NCBI RefSeq assembly: GCF_009914755.1
Contig: NC_060935.1
DNA length: 64,000 bases
Strand: one strand, 5' to 3'
DNA from: the human T2T-CHM13v2.0 reference genome, Homo sapiens
Positions 43,120-59,665 of this stretch are shown one piece after another (position 1 is the first letter of the stretch; each line of letters opens with the position of its first letter). The translations under genes and the position numbers were made by a program. The notes under the pieces are model-generated. The model had not been told where the DNA came from. It searched no databases and worked only from the letters and a program-made list of their open reading frames with translations.

Positions 43120-43900
43120 TTCAACAAGCGTTTATGAATAATGCCCTTTCTGTGTGCTAGGAAAGATTCGAGGTGCCAGGGGCAGAAAAGTAAGAGGTCT
43201 TATTCCTGATGAACGGCAATCCAGTAGAAAACACTCGCAAAATCAAGTCACTGAAATACAGTGAGGTATAAGATTATGGAGAGCGCTGGGTGCGGTGGGA
43301 GCCAGAATGAGGGCCAGGTGATGCTATCTGGGGGACAAAGGAGGACTTCTGAGAGAGGAAACCCCAGCTGAACCTAAAAGGATACAAAGCAAGGTCGGAA
43401 TGCTTTTCCAGGTCTAGAGAGACCTTGAGCAAGGGCCAAAGCATGATCAGTGGGGAATGTGCACGGCTCTTGAGTATTAATAGAATGCAAATTTCCAGGT
43501 GGGAAGTAGTGAGAAACGAGGCTGGAGGAAGGTATCTATGTAGAGGCCAGGTCCTGGGGGACCTCACCTGTGCCTTACTAAAGAGATTAAAGTTTGCTTT
43601 GAGGTGATAGGGTCCCTTTGAAGGATTTTAGTAGGGGAATGACATGGCTAGACTTGCATTATAGAATGATGGATCTGGCAGAATGGAGAGGATGGATTCA
43701 GTGGAGAGAGACTGGAGGTGAGAGCTGATGCTGGGGTGTGTTTGAGGACTAAGTCTGCAGGGCATGGTTTCTGATTCACCTGGGATGATGGGAGAAGTGA
43801 TTATACCGCTCATAGAAAGGCAGAGGTAAAGGAGTAGGCTTGCAGGGCTGTATATTAAATGCAGACATGGACAGGTTGAATTGAAGCCTCTGTTGTGGGT
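43120..43900 (-). mobile_element. L2 LINE remnant
   Basis: CAACAAGCGTTTATGAAT...TGTGTGCTAGG then purine-rich L2 body; approximate. Confidence 0.6.
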
Positions 43901-44845
43901 CCAAGGGGCGATGTCCAGCAGGAATCTGGACATATTACAATATCTGGTGCAGCCTTCCGCCACCCTTTGCAAGAATTTTCTCCGTGCCATCTGTGATAGA
44001 CAATCTTTTGTTCTATACTTGAACATTTCTATTAATGGGGAATTTGCCATATCAAAAGGTGCTTCCATTTTACTTTGGGACAGTTTGCTGTTCATTTGTT
44101 CACTAATTCATTTGTGAATTAAAGTTCTCTGGTAAGGGAGAGCCCAGATTCTCCTCCCTCCAGCTTCTATTCGTGGACTTTGTTCTGCTCCCTGGAGATG
44201 CACAGTAGATACTTCCTTTTGCATGAAAGCCTTTCAAGTATTTAAGGACCCTGTCATGTTCTCCTGAGTGTCTGCCATTTCATGATGAATATCCTCGGTT
44301 CCTTTCCTCATATTCTATAGATCCTCAATCTCCATCTTCTAGGTTCTCCCTTAGGTCTGCCTCACGATGTCAGTGCCTTAAAATGTGGTACCTGGATCTG
44401 GCCCCAATAGCCTGAAACATGCAGAAGATGTTGAGATTTTGTCTTCATGATTCTGAACACTCTGTATCTATTAATAAAAACCTCTGACAGTGTTTCCATT
44501 TTTAACAGCCATCTCAAACTGGTGGCTCCTATTTTTTTTTTTTTTGAGAGGAGGTATCATTTGCATACCACAGGATGCTCAGATATTGACTACACGATTT
44601 AATCAGTTCTGAAGGGTGCATGTCAAGATGTAGAGTATTTCCATCAGTCCAGAAAATACTCACGTGCCCCTTTCCAGTCAGTGCTCTCCACCCCCAAACC
44701 CCTGCCCCAATTACAGGCAACCACTGGTATGTTTATCACTGTAGCTGCCTATTCCAGAATTTCATGTTTGTATGTTTTGTATTTGGCTTCTTTTACTCAG
44801 CATAATGATTTTGAGATTTATCAATCTTTTAACTGGTATCAGTAG

Positions 44846-45325
<480 letters not shown>

Positions 45326-46667
45326 CCGGCATTTATTATATTATTTATACAATTAGCCTTTTACCCTTTGCAAATTTGGCAGATTCGCCTTCCAGATCCC
45401 TATCCAGATCATTGACAGATGTGTTGAGCTCTGTGAGAACTAGAAGTCTTATCTTGGGTTGAGATCAAACCATACGTCAGCACTCTTGGGATGTGCTTAT
45501 TTTACCATCAGTGAATTTTATCTGACTGCGTGGTCCACAAAGATCTTCATGAAAAAAAGAATGTTCTGTGTCATTGTCCTGTTTTTCAAATCAAGAATTA
45601 CCACGAGGAAAGGAAATGGAGTTAGTCTGTTGTGACTTGTGTGTGAAACCATTTGGGTTCTTAGCCTTGACCTCCTTTTCGTCTGAGTGCTCTCAAATAA
45701 ACTGTTTCATAATCCATTCTTGAAACCACCTTTTCTTCATTAAGGAAATAAAAGTATTTTCCCTATTCTAGTTTTTGAGATCTTTGTTCTTCATAATTCT
45801 TCTAGAGATTATTGAAAAGGATGCTATAATCATCCTATCTTTAAGTCTTTCAGTTCCTTAGAATTTATTTTGTACTGATTTTCCTTTAACTTAAATGGTT
45901 TTTCTTGTCCAATTTGAAGATTATTTTCCTTGATAAAGATAAAAGCAAAATAGAATTTTTTTTCTATTTTTTTTAGACCCAGCTTTACTACTATGTTGTT
46001 ATTCAAAGATTTTTTTCTTTTTTTTTACTAACGAAGTCTTTATTTCTTTTGTTTTCAGCTTTCCAATCAGCCAGAAAACATAAAGTATTTTCAATTCAAA
46101 GTTCTAGTAAAGATAGGAAGAACTGGGTGATGGTTTTCATAAATGAATGAATGAATGAACGAATGGATGAATGTGTATCAAGTGCTCTGTTTTTTTAAAT
46201 TGATACATATGATTATGTCTGCTATTATTTATTCTATTGGCCATCAGAGCAATGATCCTATTCCTTTCTAATTCTTTATAGAACTTGCCAGATAACCAAT
46301 CCACTGACCCACCAGTCTGCCAATTATTTTGGTAATTTGAAACATAAACCTTGATTCATTTTGAACTTATCTTGCTACTATTCCAACAGACTACTGGCTA
46401 TGAGAATTACAGCTGGAATTAGCTAGCAGTAACTGAATTTGTTGCTCTTGGTTATATGACCTTTTTTCCCATCTTGAATATGTTCTTTAGAAACCTGAAC
46501 TCATCAGGAACTTTTCTGGGTAGCTGCCTGCTAGAGTCCTAAGTTGGGTATCTACCACACTTCTTCCTTTTAGAGTATCTGTGGTTATATTATGTTTTAT
46601 TATTATATTATCTGACCTTCCCATCTTCTTGAGAGTTTTTGGCCCTGGGATTATGTCTATATTTTTA

Positions 46668-46910
<243 letters not shown>

Positions 46911-47488
46911 TCACAAGGTTCTTGTCACTTACTTTTACCAATACAAGTTCTCCTTTGGGGGTCAGAATTCAGTCCAAAATGCGTGTTCTCTTAACTGTTG
47001 CTGTTGATAAGACAAGAGCCTTTTCCCCAAAATTCTGAAGAGCACCATTTTCTAAATGAGCAGTGTATTTTCAGATACAAGCTATGCTTGGTCATGTACC
47101 TGCTTGTTATTTCATTAATGAGTTATTGTCAGAGTCCTCTGGGAACTCTCAAGAAATGGGGTGATTCATTTCCTGAGGTTATGTTGGGTTCGAGGAGCTC
47201 TTAAAGAGAATTAACTTGGCAACGTACACATAGATAGACTTTAGCATTACCACTGAGTGGGCAGATGGCTGCCATCATGTCTGGATAATAGGTTGACTCT
47301 GTTGGTTCAGTTTGCTTTAAAAGTAATATAAACCTTTAGCTTCACACTGGTTACAAGAAGGAGACTGAATGAGTTAATTTATCCAAATATCTGTTTCAAA
47401 ATTTTCTTAAACCAAAAGCATATCTGCCAGGTGAGATTTCTCCCCTTGTGAGAGATTTGTAGGGGGAGATTACTTAGTCTCCCATTGA

Positions 47489-47859
<371 letters not shown>

Positions 47860-48289
47860 AAATCGATTTTAATAATCTCAATATGAGATGAAGTGTTTGG
47901 ATAGAATGATGTCACGAAAAGATTTCTGTCAAGGATTAGAATCCCAAAGGTGTAAAACTAAAATCTCAAAAACATGAGAAAGGTGAAAGAAAAAGTTTTG
48001 CATATAATTTGGATTTAAGAAGGACCCAGAAGCCCTGTGATTCTAAAGAAGGCTTGAATTGAGTGATTTCTCATGTCAAGCGTCTCACCAGCTCACTGGG
48101 TGATAAAACAAGTGTTGGGCAGATTTTCTTCCTTGCCTCCCTCTCCGTCCCTCTTCTCCTTCTTCGACACCAAAGATAATGTAAAATCAGTGCAGTTACT
48201 CAAATGCTGCTTAGTTTTTCAAGGGCTGGCTTCCTGCTTCTGTTATAGTCTGTCTTGGAGACTTTCCTCAGTATATACTTTCCTTCAAC

Positions 48290-49850
<1,561 letters not shown>

Positions 49851-49897
49851 CCTTAGAGACTTTCACTGCAAGGATTCTCTTACTTGCATTTGGGCAG

Positions 49898-50076
49898 ATA
49901 CAGTACCAATGAAGGGGAGACCTGGAAAACATTCATCTTCTCTGAGAAGCCAGTGTTTGTGTATGGCCTCCTCACAGAACCTGGGGAGAAGAGCACTGTC
50001 TTCACCATCTTTGGCTCGAACAAAGAGAATGTCCACAGCTGGCTGATCCTCCAGGTCAATGCCACGGATGCCTTGG
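49898..50076 (+). CDS. SORL1: SORL1 exon 13, 179 nt: [59 protein letters not shown](G)
   Basis: gggcAG acceptor; GTAAGC donor at 50077; Asp-box YSTNEGETW. Confidence 0.96.
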
Positions 50077-51592
50077 GTAAGCTGCTGCCTCCTTGGACCT
50101 TTTCACATGGATATGCGTGGACTTCCTGTTATGTGCAAAGCACCAGCTTAGATACTGTGTACTCAGAAGAGCCTGACATTCATTGGGGGAAATGGGCCCA
50201 TAAGAGTTAGCAAAAAGCATAGGGAGGTAATTGAAGGCCTGCTCAATTCTTCTTAGTAAGACTGGGTGTTATTCTTTGTATCTTAGTTTCCTCATGCAGT
50301 TCCTGGCACATAAGAAGTTTAAATATATGTCTGCTGAATATGTAGATAAATGCATGAATGAAAAACATATTTCCAAATCAGCAGTGCCAATTGGACGTAT
50401 TCAGTGAGTGTGCCTGACTGTCTGTAAGTCAGTGTGCCAAGCGACACAGGGTCCTCTCAAAGCCATCTAGGATCTAGTTGTGATCTGCTAATCTAGATAC
50501 AGGATGCATAAGTATGCAGGGAGAAGTGAAACTCTTCAGCATCCTCTCCCTGCTTCCCCATCTTATCTTACCCTTTCCTACCTCTCAGCCTTGGCTAACC
50601 TGATTCTAGCTGCCCGGAGTGCCCTGTTTCTTCTCATTTCCACCCGTTCAGCCTCCCCTACTCGAAATCCTTTTCATATCTCAGGATCCAACACATTTGT
50701 GGCTGATATCCCAACCAGAAGACGTCTCCCTTCTTCTCTATGTCCAGAACATAAGTGTATGCATAACTTTGTGTCTGTCACTCGGTGTGTTTCACCTTCC
50801 ATTGACTAGATTATAAAGCCCTTAAAGATAAGAACTTGCCCTGTGCATATTTGTATTGTACCTACTGGAAAGCCTGATAGCCTAACAGTCTGTAGGAGTT
50901 TAATAAGTTTACTGATTTGCATGGCATTGAGTCAAAGGTTGTGTATCAGCTTCGGGTAGTATCTAATCTGACTGAAGACACATATATAAGAGACACAAAG
51001 TGCCAACATAGACATAGGCATACTTTGGAATGCTTGTAGAAAGCACCCTACTTAGACATTTCGATGAACGTGGCAGATGGAGTGATGGTGCAAGGTATCT
51101 TAGCATTTTCCAGCCTCTTTCCATGGAGATCCTGTACCTTCAAGTAGGGCCAGCGAGCCCTCCATTGCCTTCGGGCCACACTACCAGATGTGCCCTCACT
51201 GCCTGAGGAAGCAGGCCAGGAACATTAACCCCCAATGGTATTGCTCATCAAGGATTCAGCTGTTCCCTAGTTCTCTAGGAGAGAAACACTTCTGAGTACT
51301 CATTTCTAAAGGGCACTGCTGACTCTTCTGTAATGTTTCGGAAATTTGGATAGTGCCTAAAGGTGGCTTGCTTCTTTCCAACTTTTCCAGGCAGATGCCT
51401 GCGTTTCAGGTATCCTTTTCATTGGCATAGGGCTGCCCAGCTTCAAAGCAAGCTGATTGGAGGGTCTGTGTGCTTGCGGGGTGGCAACAGATAGACAGGA
51501 AGTGGGGGTTGAGGCCAGGCACCTTGAGGCATAGCAGGAAACCCTACATGGGCCTGCCTCTAATGCTTCGTGCTGTGTTCCTTTTTCTTTAG

Positions 51593-51779
51593 GAGTTCCC
51601 TGCACAGAGAATGACTACAAGCTGTGGTCACCATCTGATGAGCGGGGGAATGAGTGTTTGCTGGGACACAAGACTGTTTTCAAACGGCGGACCCCCCATG
51701 CCACATGCTTCAATGGAGAGGACTTTGACAGGCCGGTGGTCGTGTCCAACTGCTCCTGCACCCGGGAGGACTATGAGTG
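51593..51779 (+). CDS. SORL1: SORL1 exon 14, 187 nt, 10CC: [61 protein letters not shown](C)
   Basis: ctttAG acceptor; GTCAGT donor at 51780; cysteine spacing of the 10CC domain. Confidence 0.96.
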
Positions 51780-52638
51780 GTCAGTTCTTCTTTGATGGCT
51801 GGGGACTGAGTTGTGTTTTATTCACTCAGCAGTGTTGGGGGAAGAGATTAGGCATGGTCCCTTTCCCTGAGCAAAGGAAGGGAATAGAAGGAAACAAGTA
51901 TTTGTGAAGCATCTTTTATGTGCCAGGAACTGTGCTAAGCATGTTTCATGTAAGTTGTTTTCTTTAGTTCTTATAGCCAGGTAATGCGGTAGAGGTGTCT
52001 AGGAGAGCTGCAGCTATTTCTACAGGAATAGATAGCTCTGGGATTTATTTCTATTAGGGTAACCCAAAAATATGCTGAAGGTTTCATTGTTTTTAATCCT
52101 TCTCCTTAGGACCCTATTCTAGAGGGGATTTATTTCTTTATCTGAAACGAGGGGATGTTAGTGTGTGTATATGTGTGTGTGTTTGCATCATTTATTATTC
52201 CTTAAGCAAAATATCCAAGGCACTGCTGCGAATGCTAAAAGTAGGAGAAGTGATTTGTGCATGGCTAATTGGCACAGGAGATAGAAGAGAGCAAGTGCCT
52301 CAGAGGAGGAACTGGTACTTTTATTGTGACTATTGAAAGGAAGGAGAGGGCTGTGGATTGCTGTTGGAGAATGAGGAGATTTTTGGAAGAAGTGCTGTTT
52401 GAGCTGGGCTCTCAGGGAGCATCAATATTTGCAGACAGCAGTGTTTTGAGACCATGTGTCTGCAACAGTCAGGTGTAGAGGCAGCAGGGTGTGGTTGGGA
52501 GTTGAATTGGGATGCCTTGTTGGGTGTATGACATGGGGATGACAATTGGAGATGAGGCTGAAAAGATAGAATACAGTAGGGGAGAAAGACCTTAGAGGGG
52601 ATGAACCTTATTCTATAATTAGGAGGAGGCCTTCAGCG

Positions 52639-52728
52639 GCTTTTGAGGAGAGTTGATGATGAGAACAGAGCTTAGCTGTAGGAGCTTTTGAGGAGAGTTG
52701 ATGATGAGAACAGAGCTTAGCTGTAGGA
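52639..52728. repeat. Perfect 45-bp tandem duplication
   Basis: GCTTTTGAGGAGAGTTGATGATGAGAACAGAGCTTAGCTGTAGGA at 52639-52683 and 52684-52728. Confidence 0.97.
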
Positions 52729-52964
52729 AGAGGATTCTAGTGGCAGAGTACAGAGGATCTCAGAGCTCCTGGACAGTCACTGTAGTCTGTAATTCAGCAT
52801 GAAATCATTGTAGTTTAGTCAGGAGCACCAAGAGAGCCATGGGTATTTAATATAAATACACAACTCATATTTCAGTGGTTGCTGAGGCACAGAGGAACTA
52901 GATTTTGCTTTGGGCAGCTGTACTTGTCTTGACTAAAGCCAGAAACCTCTGATGTATTCTAGAC

Positions 52965-53162
52965 CAGAGGTTGGAACATGGTCATATAGTAAATGTTTTA
53001 GACTTTGTAGGCCATATGGTTTCTATGATCTGTGTTACAACTCCTCACTTTGCCCATGGCAGTGCCCATGGGTGAATGAAAGCAGCTCTAGAGGAATGAA
53101 CGTGGCTGTGATCCAGTAAATCTCTATTTACAAAAATGGCCAACCAGGTTTGGCCACTTCTG
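52965..53162 (+). mobile_element. MER58A-like hAT DNA transposon
   Basis: ATAGTAAATGTTTTAGACTTTGTAGGCCATATGG...GGCTGTGATCCAGTAAA..TATTTACAAAAA. Confidence 0.75.
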
Positions 53163-53169
53163 TTCTCAA

Positions 53170-53332
53170 CCAGTGCTTCTGAAACTTTAAGGTGCATATG
53201 AATCACTTGCAGATTCTGCCTTGGTCACATGCAGATTCTGCCTCAGGAGTTCTGGGGCTCTGCGTTTCCATCAAGCTCCCAAGAGATGTGGATGCTGCTT
53301 ATCTGCACATTCGCCCTTTGAGCAGCAAGGCT
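53170..53332. mobile_element. MER5A-like remnant
   Basis: CAGTGCTTCTGAAACTTT..GCATATGAATCAC..CAAGCTCCCA..CTTTGAGCAGCAAGG. Confidence 0.65.
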
Positions 53333-53766
53333 TAGAACAGAGAAGACAGTCATTTCCTTAGAAAGGTGTGTGCTCCCAAGGTAACGACACAGACTCTTTA
53401 ACAGCAAAAGCACAGGGCTGGCTGATGTTCTTGGTGACTTCAGTTCCATGCTGTTTGCCTTCTGCTCTTTCTTACACACTTTTGCATTATAGTCTAATCT
53501 AATCTGAGAGCTTTGTTGGCTCCAGGTAGTCCTCCCCAGACCAGCTTGAGACTGGAGAGGTCCTAATCCCTGAAAAGATCATAGTGCCCTCTCTCTCCCC
53601 TCTTCCTATCCCCAATATGTACTTCAAAATAAAATTAAGACTAAGTAAAAAATAGGTAAGAAAGTCTAACAAATCTTTGGGGTTTTTTTTTTTTTCATGA
53701 CATTTAGGCTTAAAAACAAATAACATTAAAATTTTCTCTCTTGCCCTACATTTCCCCAACCCTCAC

Positions 53767-53767
<1 letters not shown>

Positions 53768-53802
<35 letters not shown>
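53768..53802 (+). repeat. A35 homopolymer with no adjacent SINE body
   Basis: Counted directly. Confidence 0.95.
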
Positions 53803-53805
<3 letters not shown>

Positions 53806-54840
53806 CACACACAAGAAAAGAAATGGAGCTTGGTGTGCCCTCCTGGGTAAACTGGCCTGGGACCTGCTGGTCTACCATGCCCACCCCATCTGCCTTGCTG
53901 GAACCTGCTGTATGCTCACCCTGCTTGTATGTGGAGTGTTTTTATTGTAGACCAGTAAAACCACCTGCTCTGCCCCTTGTGGAGTTGGGTTGCAGGCCAA
54001 ATGAGATCGTGGGGTGATGACCCTCTGAAATGGTAAGGGGTATATGGATGTCAGCTGTTCCCCGCTCCACCCCTCCCAATTGTTTCTCTGCTTGCTGTAG
54101 CTGCTGGAAGGCAGCCAGCCCAACTATATGGCTCTTGGAGATGTTTGATGGCATTGGACTATGGCACTGAGAAGGAAAATGGTCCCAAGATGGACGTCAG
54201 GAAATGAGATGAGAATGAGCAAGCTTATAGTATCTTTCCATTAGTTCAGGTACTGGTTGACAACTGTGTTTGAACACCAGGTTATTTCTGATAGTCCTTT
54301 TAGACCACACTGGGAAGCCCAGCTATTGGCCCATGTTTCCTGATTTCCATGGTAGATTCTTTTATGTTCTTATATTTCTCGACATTGCCAAGTCATACAG
54401 CTTTCACATTCTTGACTGCAACCCCTAGTAAATAATACATTTTCTCTTATGACCCTGTACTTACATATGTACGTGTAGATACATACACACATATAATTAA
54501 AACACAAGTTTTAGGAGACAACATTGACTTTTAAATGTATGATGGGGCCTTTTGCAATCTTTTGCACTTTTTTGGGAGGGGAAGAATCTAGTCTTGGGCC
54601 TCCCAAGTACTCTCAGAGTCCACTAGGTCATGACCTATGGTCAAAGAAAGCTGCCCAGGAAGAGTGCTTTGCTATTGGAGGCAAATAAGTAATTAGCTAA
54701 TGCTTTATCTGGTTCCTAAAAAGATTTAAAGTGGCCGTTCAGTAATAACGAACTGAGGTAATGAAAGAGGCACATTTGATACAGTGACAAAACTGCTGCC
54801 TTTTGAACAATTCTTACAAACTATTAAATGTGGATTATGA

Positions 54841-55239
<399 letters not shown>

Positions 55240-55568
55240 TGAATAGAGCAAATAAATGTGTTCTGGTAGAGCACATGAACGTGGAATATATGTTCTGTTC
55301 TATAATTCTTTGAATATATTCTGTAATTCATTGAATTATAGAATTTACAGGTTTGGAAGGGCCTTAGAACATTCATAGTACAGTCACCTCGTTTTAGAAT
55401 CGTCTTCGACTGAGGCCTCCTGCTTCCTACTCCAGGATGCTGCCCTTCAAGCTGGGAGGTTTGGCAGATGTGACTCCAGATCACAAGAGGTCTCATGAAC
55501 CTAACTACTGTATCTCAAAGTACAGGGTGACTTAGCTAGTATGTGGATATACTCTTAAATAACATTGA

Positions 55569-55913
<345 letters not shown>

Positions 55914-56317
55914 TAAAATTCCTCTTTTACTTCTTCAGATTCTGTCAAAAAGAACGTCTCATTGGTTGCTAGTAACTGTAACATTTGCCTAATCCCTTTT
56001 AACAGAGAGGGCAGGTCCAGAGTCTTAAATTGGGAACTGGATCTGGCTAAAATTTAATACTGTTTTGATTTGGCATGATGATTTTTTTTTTTTTTTGGTC
56101 TATTTATGGCATGTGATTGTGTTTTTCCAACTGTGGTTCTGATATAAATCTTCTTTTGAAGATGTATTTTATATAAAAAGTAAATATTCTTTAAAGGGAC
56201 ATGTTAAATAACTTATAATAAAAGTGAAAAGTAGTAAGGTAAAGTCAGCAGAATTGGTACAGGAATGCCTGAAATGTATAAAACCGTGGCCTTAACAAAG
56301 CCCAATTGCCTTTTTAG

Positions 56318-56446
56318 TGACTTCGGTTTCAAGATGAGTGAAGATTTGTCATTAGAGGTTTGTGTTCCAGATCCGGAATTTTCTGGAAAGTCATACTCCC
56401 CTCCTGTGCCTTGCCCTGTGGGTTCTACTTACAGGAGAACGAGAGG
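56318..56446 (+). CDS. SORL1: SORL1 exon 15, 129 nt, 10CC: [42 protein letters not shown](G)
   Basis: tttttAG acceptor; GTATGT donor at 56447; spliced junction gives CDFGF. Confidence 0.96.
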
Positions 56447-56942
56447 GTATGTATCACAGAGGTTGCCCTGTCAGGTTCTCAGCGGTCCGCACATGGAGCG
56501 AGAGAGCATAGAGGACCGTCTGGATTGCTCTACACTCGAAATTCTAGAATTCCAAGTTAACAGCCTGCAAGTAGTTTGGGCAACATTATAAATTATGGTA
56601 TTTGTAAACTCTCCTACCTCCACATTGCAAGTCTGTAAGCATCCCTGAAACTCTAGGAATATCTTAAGTCATCAACTTCAGCAGGGAAACATCTTCAGAG
56701 GAATGTATTCAAGAGATATATTTAAAAATCTTGGCCAGGACAGTGCCCTAAATTGTCTGGGCCTGCCTAGTCTAATTATAAGCAGAACTGACTCAGAACT
56801 ACGAACATCCTCTTTCTAGTTCTAAAGAGAAATGAGTGGATGGACTCTACTGGCCGTGGGTAGTAAGTGTATTCCCAGCTGGGATGCCTTTGTGGCTATT
56901 CTTCCATGTTTCTGACCTCTTGCTCTTGGGGTGGGGTGACAG

Positions 56943-57028
56943 CTACCGGAAGATTTCTGGGGACACTTGTAGCGGAGGAGATGTTGAAGCGCGACTGGAA
57001 GGAGAGCTGGTCCCCTGTCCCCTGGCAG
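56943..57028 (+). CDS. SORL1: SORL1 exon 16, 86 nt, end of 10CC: [28 protein letters not shown]
   Basis: gacAG acceptor; GTAAGA donor at 57029; [10 protein letters not shown] motif; exons 14-16 total ten Cys. Confidence 0.95.
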
Positions 57029-57479
57029 GTAAGAGAGGTGGTTTCTTCCCTTTCATTTCTTGAGACATGGTTGAAGCAGTATCACGATCTCACCCAAGTC
57101 CGGGCTTGTGGCTCCTTTAATTGAGTGGAGAAAAACAATGGCCGTCACAAGCATCACAGGGCTTCCTCTTTTCCCTAAGGTTGGTTTCCACACTGAACTT
57201 GTACATAGCCATACCCGTTTTTAGGAATGGAAAGTACTTTGTGTCAGCTCAGTTTCTTTGAGGGAAATCCCTTTGTTAATTGAAAAATATTTATTCAGCA
57301 TCCACTGGGGTAGAAAGATCCCCACAGGCTTTTGTGTGTTCCTTAATCTGTTTGTCAAAGTTGAGTATAAAGAGGTGTGTGACTTCTTAGGAAGTAGCTA
57401 AGTAGTCTATGTTAATTTTATAATAAAACTAACTGTAACTAAAATTTTAATGGAATTTTATAGATTTCAGTGTACTTTT

Positions 57480-57650
57480 TATGTGTTGCCAGTTTAACCC
57501 TTTTAACAACTCAGGGAAGCAGATATTATCAATTTTGTTTTTTACTTTTTCACGAGGAAGCATGTTCAGAGGAGGTTAAATGGCTTAAGGTCACACATCT
57601 AGTAAGTGACAAAGTTGAAATTCAGACTCTAAGCCCCATGCTCTTCATTG
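57480..57650 (-). mobile_element. MIR SINE
   Basis: GAGGTTAAATGGCTTAAGGTCACACATCTAGTAAGTG core, reverse. Confidence 0.65.
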
Positions 57651-59451
57651 GACATTGCCCAAATGGCAAATAAATATCATTCTCACTATTTTAGATAATC
57701 ATTATGCATGCTAATTAAGAAAAACTTCTCTGAAATGATTCACATGCTATAAAGGTATAGTGTGTTCTAAAACACGTTTCTGCTAGATTTAGTGGTGATG
57801 TAACATGGGGTCTTTACCACAGAGACATGAAATTATGATACTTTGAAAAATAATCTCTTAGTTGCTTTTCTTCACTCTGTTTCCAGTTCTTATTCATTTA
57901 AAGCTTCTTTATTCCCTCTGTGCCCTCTTTCCTGCCCATTACCTCTTGGTGAAGGTAAATGGCTGGAGTTAACTTCCGTCTGTGGTGGGTGGTGGTGTCT
58001 TACGTGGACAGCCATAAGCACCGAATGAATCATGAAAGAAGTGTGTGGTCTCCACAGGCAGGGCAGGGCAGCCCTCTCTTTTGCTCACTGCCGCCAGCTT
58101 GCCCTGGTGTTTTTCATGCTAAGTTCGTTAGTCCCTTAATTTAATCTTTCATCATTACCAGAGTAATTAACATACCTCACTATGGAGGCTTGAAAAGAAC
58201 CACCACTTCAGCAAATTCCAACAAATGAGCAGATAATATTCAAATATTTCCCTCACAAGAGCTGTTATTGATGAGGGCGTGGGTTAGTAGGGTTTGAGTG
58301 ATTGCTCTTGAGGGGCTGGAGTGCCTACTTTTGTAATAAATATTTCTGAAGATAATTCAGCAAGGGACAAAACAGTTTGTTTAAAGCCATCTAAACTGGC
58401 AGGAAAGCTATTTTCTCTTCTACTGGAAGATAGAACAGGGAACGAAGTGGAGAAATCTCATTCCATTGTGGGCCACCTCCTATGTAAAAGAGAGAAAAAA
58501 AAAGGCATGGAATAGGAGGCAGGGATATACCAGGAAAGAAAAAGATGCTTTCACAGGACTAATGGGGGCCGTAATATCTTTGCAAAGATGAGGTAATCTG
58601 GGCATCTGGAAGGATTTTTTAAATGCAAGAATTTTTCTTCCTTTACAATTACTATGAAAACACACATTCCTTGGCCAGGACCAGCCAAGAATTCCATTCC
58701 TTTTCCAGGTTAAGCATTGCGCGCTGGAATGCCGCATGCTGCTCTGAACATAATCCTAAAACACGTATTTCTGGATTCAGGTTCTACTTTATGGGTATTA
58801 GTTTCTTAGAGGAAAAAAAAGCCCAGAGTGACAGAATGAGGTTTATAGATGCTGGAGAGAGATGTGGGGCAAAAGCCTTGCTGCTGCAAATGTAGCTTTC
58901 ATGTCCCTATACCTTAGCTGGCCCCCTCCCTGGGAATGACAGCGGGAAGGTTTCCTTGACAACCAAAAGGGGAGGTAGGTTACCATGTGATGGTAACATA
59001 GATACTTCTAAAGTGACCTGGAACCAAAGGAAAAGAAGGAAAACTTACCTTATTAAAAATTGTAGGTAGATTTATTTTTTGATGCATTATCTATATTACA
59101 GCTTTTATAAAGAAGGTGAGTGGTACATGTTAAGTCACTGAGTGTATGGAATCAGGAAGTGGGCAGGAATGGCTAACCCAGGCATGCAGCAAAAGAATTC
59201 CGATTTGCATCTTGGTCCCATATGCAACACACTGTCAAGATGCACACTTTAGACACAGATGCTGGTGTGCTGCTTGTGTCCACTCCTGGGGAAGAATCTG
59301 GATGTTTCCCAAGCCGTTCCCTAAGTGGACAAGACAGTGTACTGGGTCTTCCTATTTCCAGTTGTCTGACATTAGGTAAGTATCTTCAGCACTCAGGACC
59401 TTCATTTCTACATCTTAAAAATCATCCACGGTAGCGTCTGTATCATAACAG

Positions 59452-59665
59452 GCAGCACAGTGTAGTGGTTAAAGCATAGACTCTGGATCCAGAGTGCCTG
59501 GGTTCCAATCTTGGTTCTGCCACTTGCTAGTTGTGTGACCTTGGGTGAGTTACTTAACCTCTCTGGTCTCAGTTTTCTCATTTGTAAAATTTGGTTAACA
59601 AGAGTTCTACCATCAGGCAGTTGTTGTGGGTCTTAAACAATACCCGATACGTAGTAAGCACATTA
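59452..59665 (+). mobile_element. MIR SINE
   Basis: GTAGTGGTTAAAGCATAGACTCTGG...TGTGACCTTGGGTGAGTTACTTAACCTCTCTG..CTCAGTTTTCTCATTTGTAAAAT. Confidence 0.85.

Noticed and set aside
46141-46172. (GAAT)n run and other short microsatellites: (AAT)n ~39511, (TATAT)n ~49165, (ATC)n ~62101
   Set aside because: Ordinary short simple repeats, the first probably an L2 tail; nothing suggests function.
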